From Candidatus Heimdallarchaeota archaeon (GTDB lineage Archaea > Asgardarchaeota > Heimdallarchaeia > Heimdallarchaeales > Heimdallarchaeaceae), in the NCBI GenBank assembly GCA_030668875.1, contig DAOVER010000094.1:1-6539 (forward strand): a stretch of 6,539 nucleotides of DNA, read 5' to 3'. A program made the translations under genes and the position numbers. This document shows positions 6,147-6,539 of this stretch, piece after piece (position 1 is the stretch's first letter; each line of letters starts with the position of its first letter). The notes beneath the pieces are model-generated. The model saw nothing but the letters and a program-made list of their open reading frames with translations, made no database searches and was not told where the DNA came from.

Positions 6147-6170
6147 ATTGTAGGTATATACCAATAAATA

Positions 6171-6178
6171 TTTTAAAA
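6171..6178 (+). promoter_or_regulatory. Candidate TATA box for the DUF1684-like gene
   Basis: TTTTAAAA lies 23 nt before ATG 6201 (uORF) and 50 nt before ATG 6228. A GGTGA SD-like motif is at 6189-6193. Confidence 0.35.
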
Positions 6179-6227
6179 ATGGGTCAAAGGTGATATTTAA
6201 ATGGTGAATTTATATTAAGGTAAATAA

Positions 6228-6539
6228 ATGAACGAAAAAATTTATGAAAAAAATTTGTTGCAACAAAGAGAAGGAAAAGATACTTTCTTTAAAACTCATC
6301 CACAATCACCCATTCCTATGGATAAACGGTACATATTTTCTGGGTTAGTCTATTACCCTGCTAATCCTTCTATGATCTATGAAGTAGAGATGAAAGAGCA
6401 TGAAAATAAGAAGATAATAACTATAGGCGATAATATGGGAAATCAACAGCAATATCTTCGCTGGGGTTCTTTTCAGTTTGAAATCAATGGAGAAAATGTG
6501 CAATTGCAAGCATATAAAAGAGAACAAAATGAGGAAAGC
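6228..6539 (+). CDS. DUF1684-family protein, 3'-truncated by the window edge (absent from the ORF track)
   Basis: Open frame from ATG 6228 to the window end: MNEKIYEKNLLQQREGKDTFFKTHPQSPIPMDKRYIFSGLVYYPANPSMIYEV...GDNMGNQQQYLRWGSFQFEINGENVQLQAYKREQNEES. It matches the RxxKDxxFxxxxxSP...FxGLxYYP pattern of DUF1684. Confidence 0.88.
   Translation, partial: MNEKIYEKNLLQQREGKDTFFKTHPQSPIPMDKRYIFSGLVYYPANPSMIYEVEMKEHENKKIITIGDNMGNQQQYLRWGSFQFEINGENVQLQAYKREQNEES

Noticed and set aside
6345-6527. 60-aa minus-strand ORF
   Set aside because: Antisense shadow of the DUF1684-like gene.

Overview
This AT-rich window most likely comes from an archaeon, plausibly Asgard/Heimdallarchaeia-like. That is an inference from gene content, GGTGA motifs, TATA-like boxes and oligo-T terminators, not from a marker gene. 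It holds three intact genes: a TPR-only protein (108-1529 +), a DUF89/ARMT1-like damage-control phosphatase (1689-2537 +), and a convergent secreted beta-helix (NosD/PbH1-like) surface protein with six TSP3-like Ca-binding repeats and a C-terminal membrane anchor (2617-5079 -). Three features are missed or truncated by the ORF track. (1) A heavily decayed pseudogene of an HgcA/HgcAB-like corrinoid protein lies in the apparent intergenic gap (~5102-5406 -). (2) A DUF2721-like membrane protein gene is split by a -1 frameshift (5662-6122 +). (3) A DUF1684-like gene runs off the right edge (6228->6539 +). No mobile element, CRISPR array, tRNA or rRNA was seen. I cannot support a complete novel multi-gene system. 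The best leads are the hgcA-like relic, the frameshifted membrane gene and a recurring pattern of tiny uORFs next to start codons. All family calls are by eye, with no database search.
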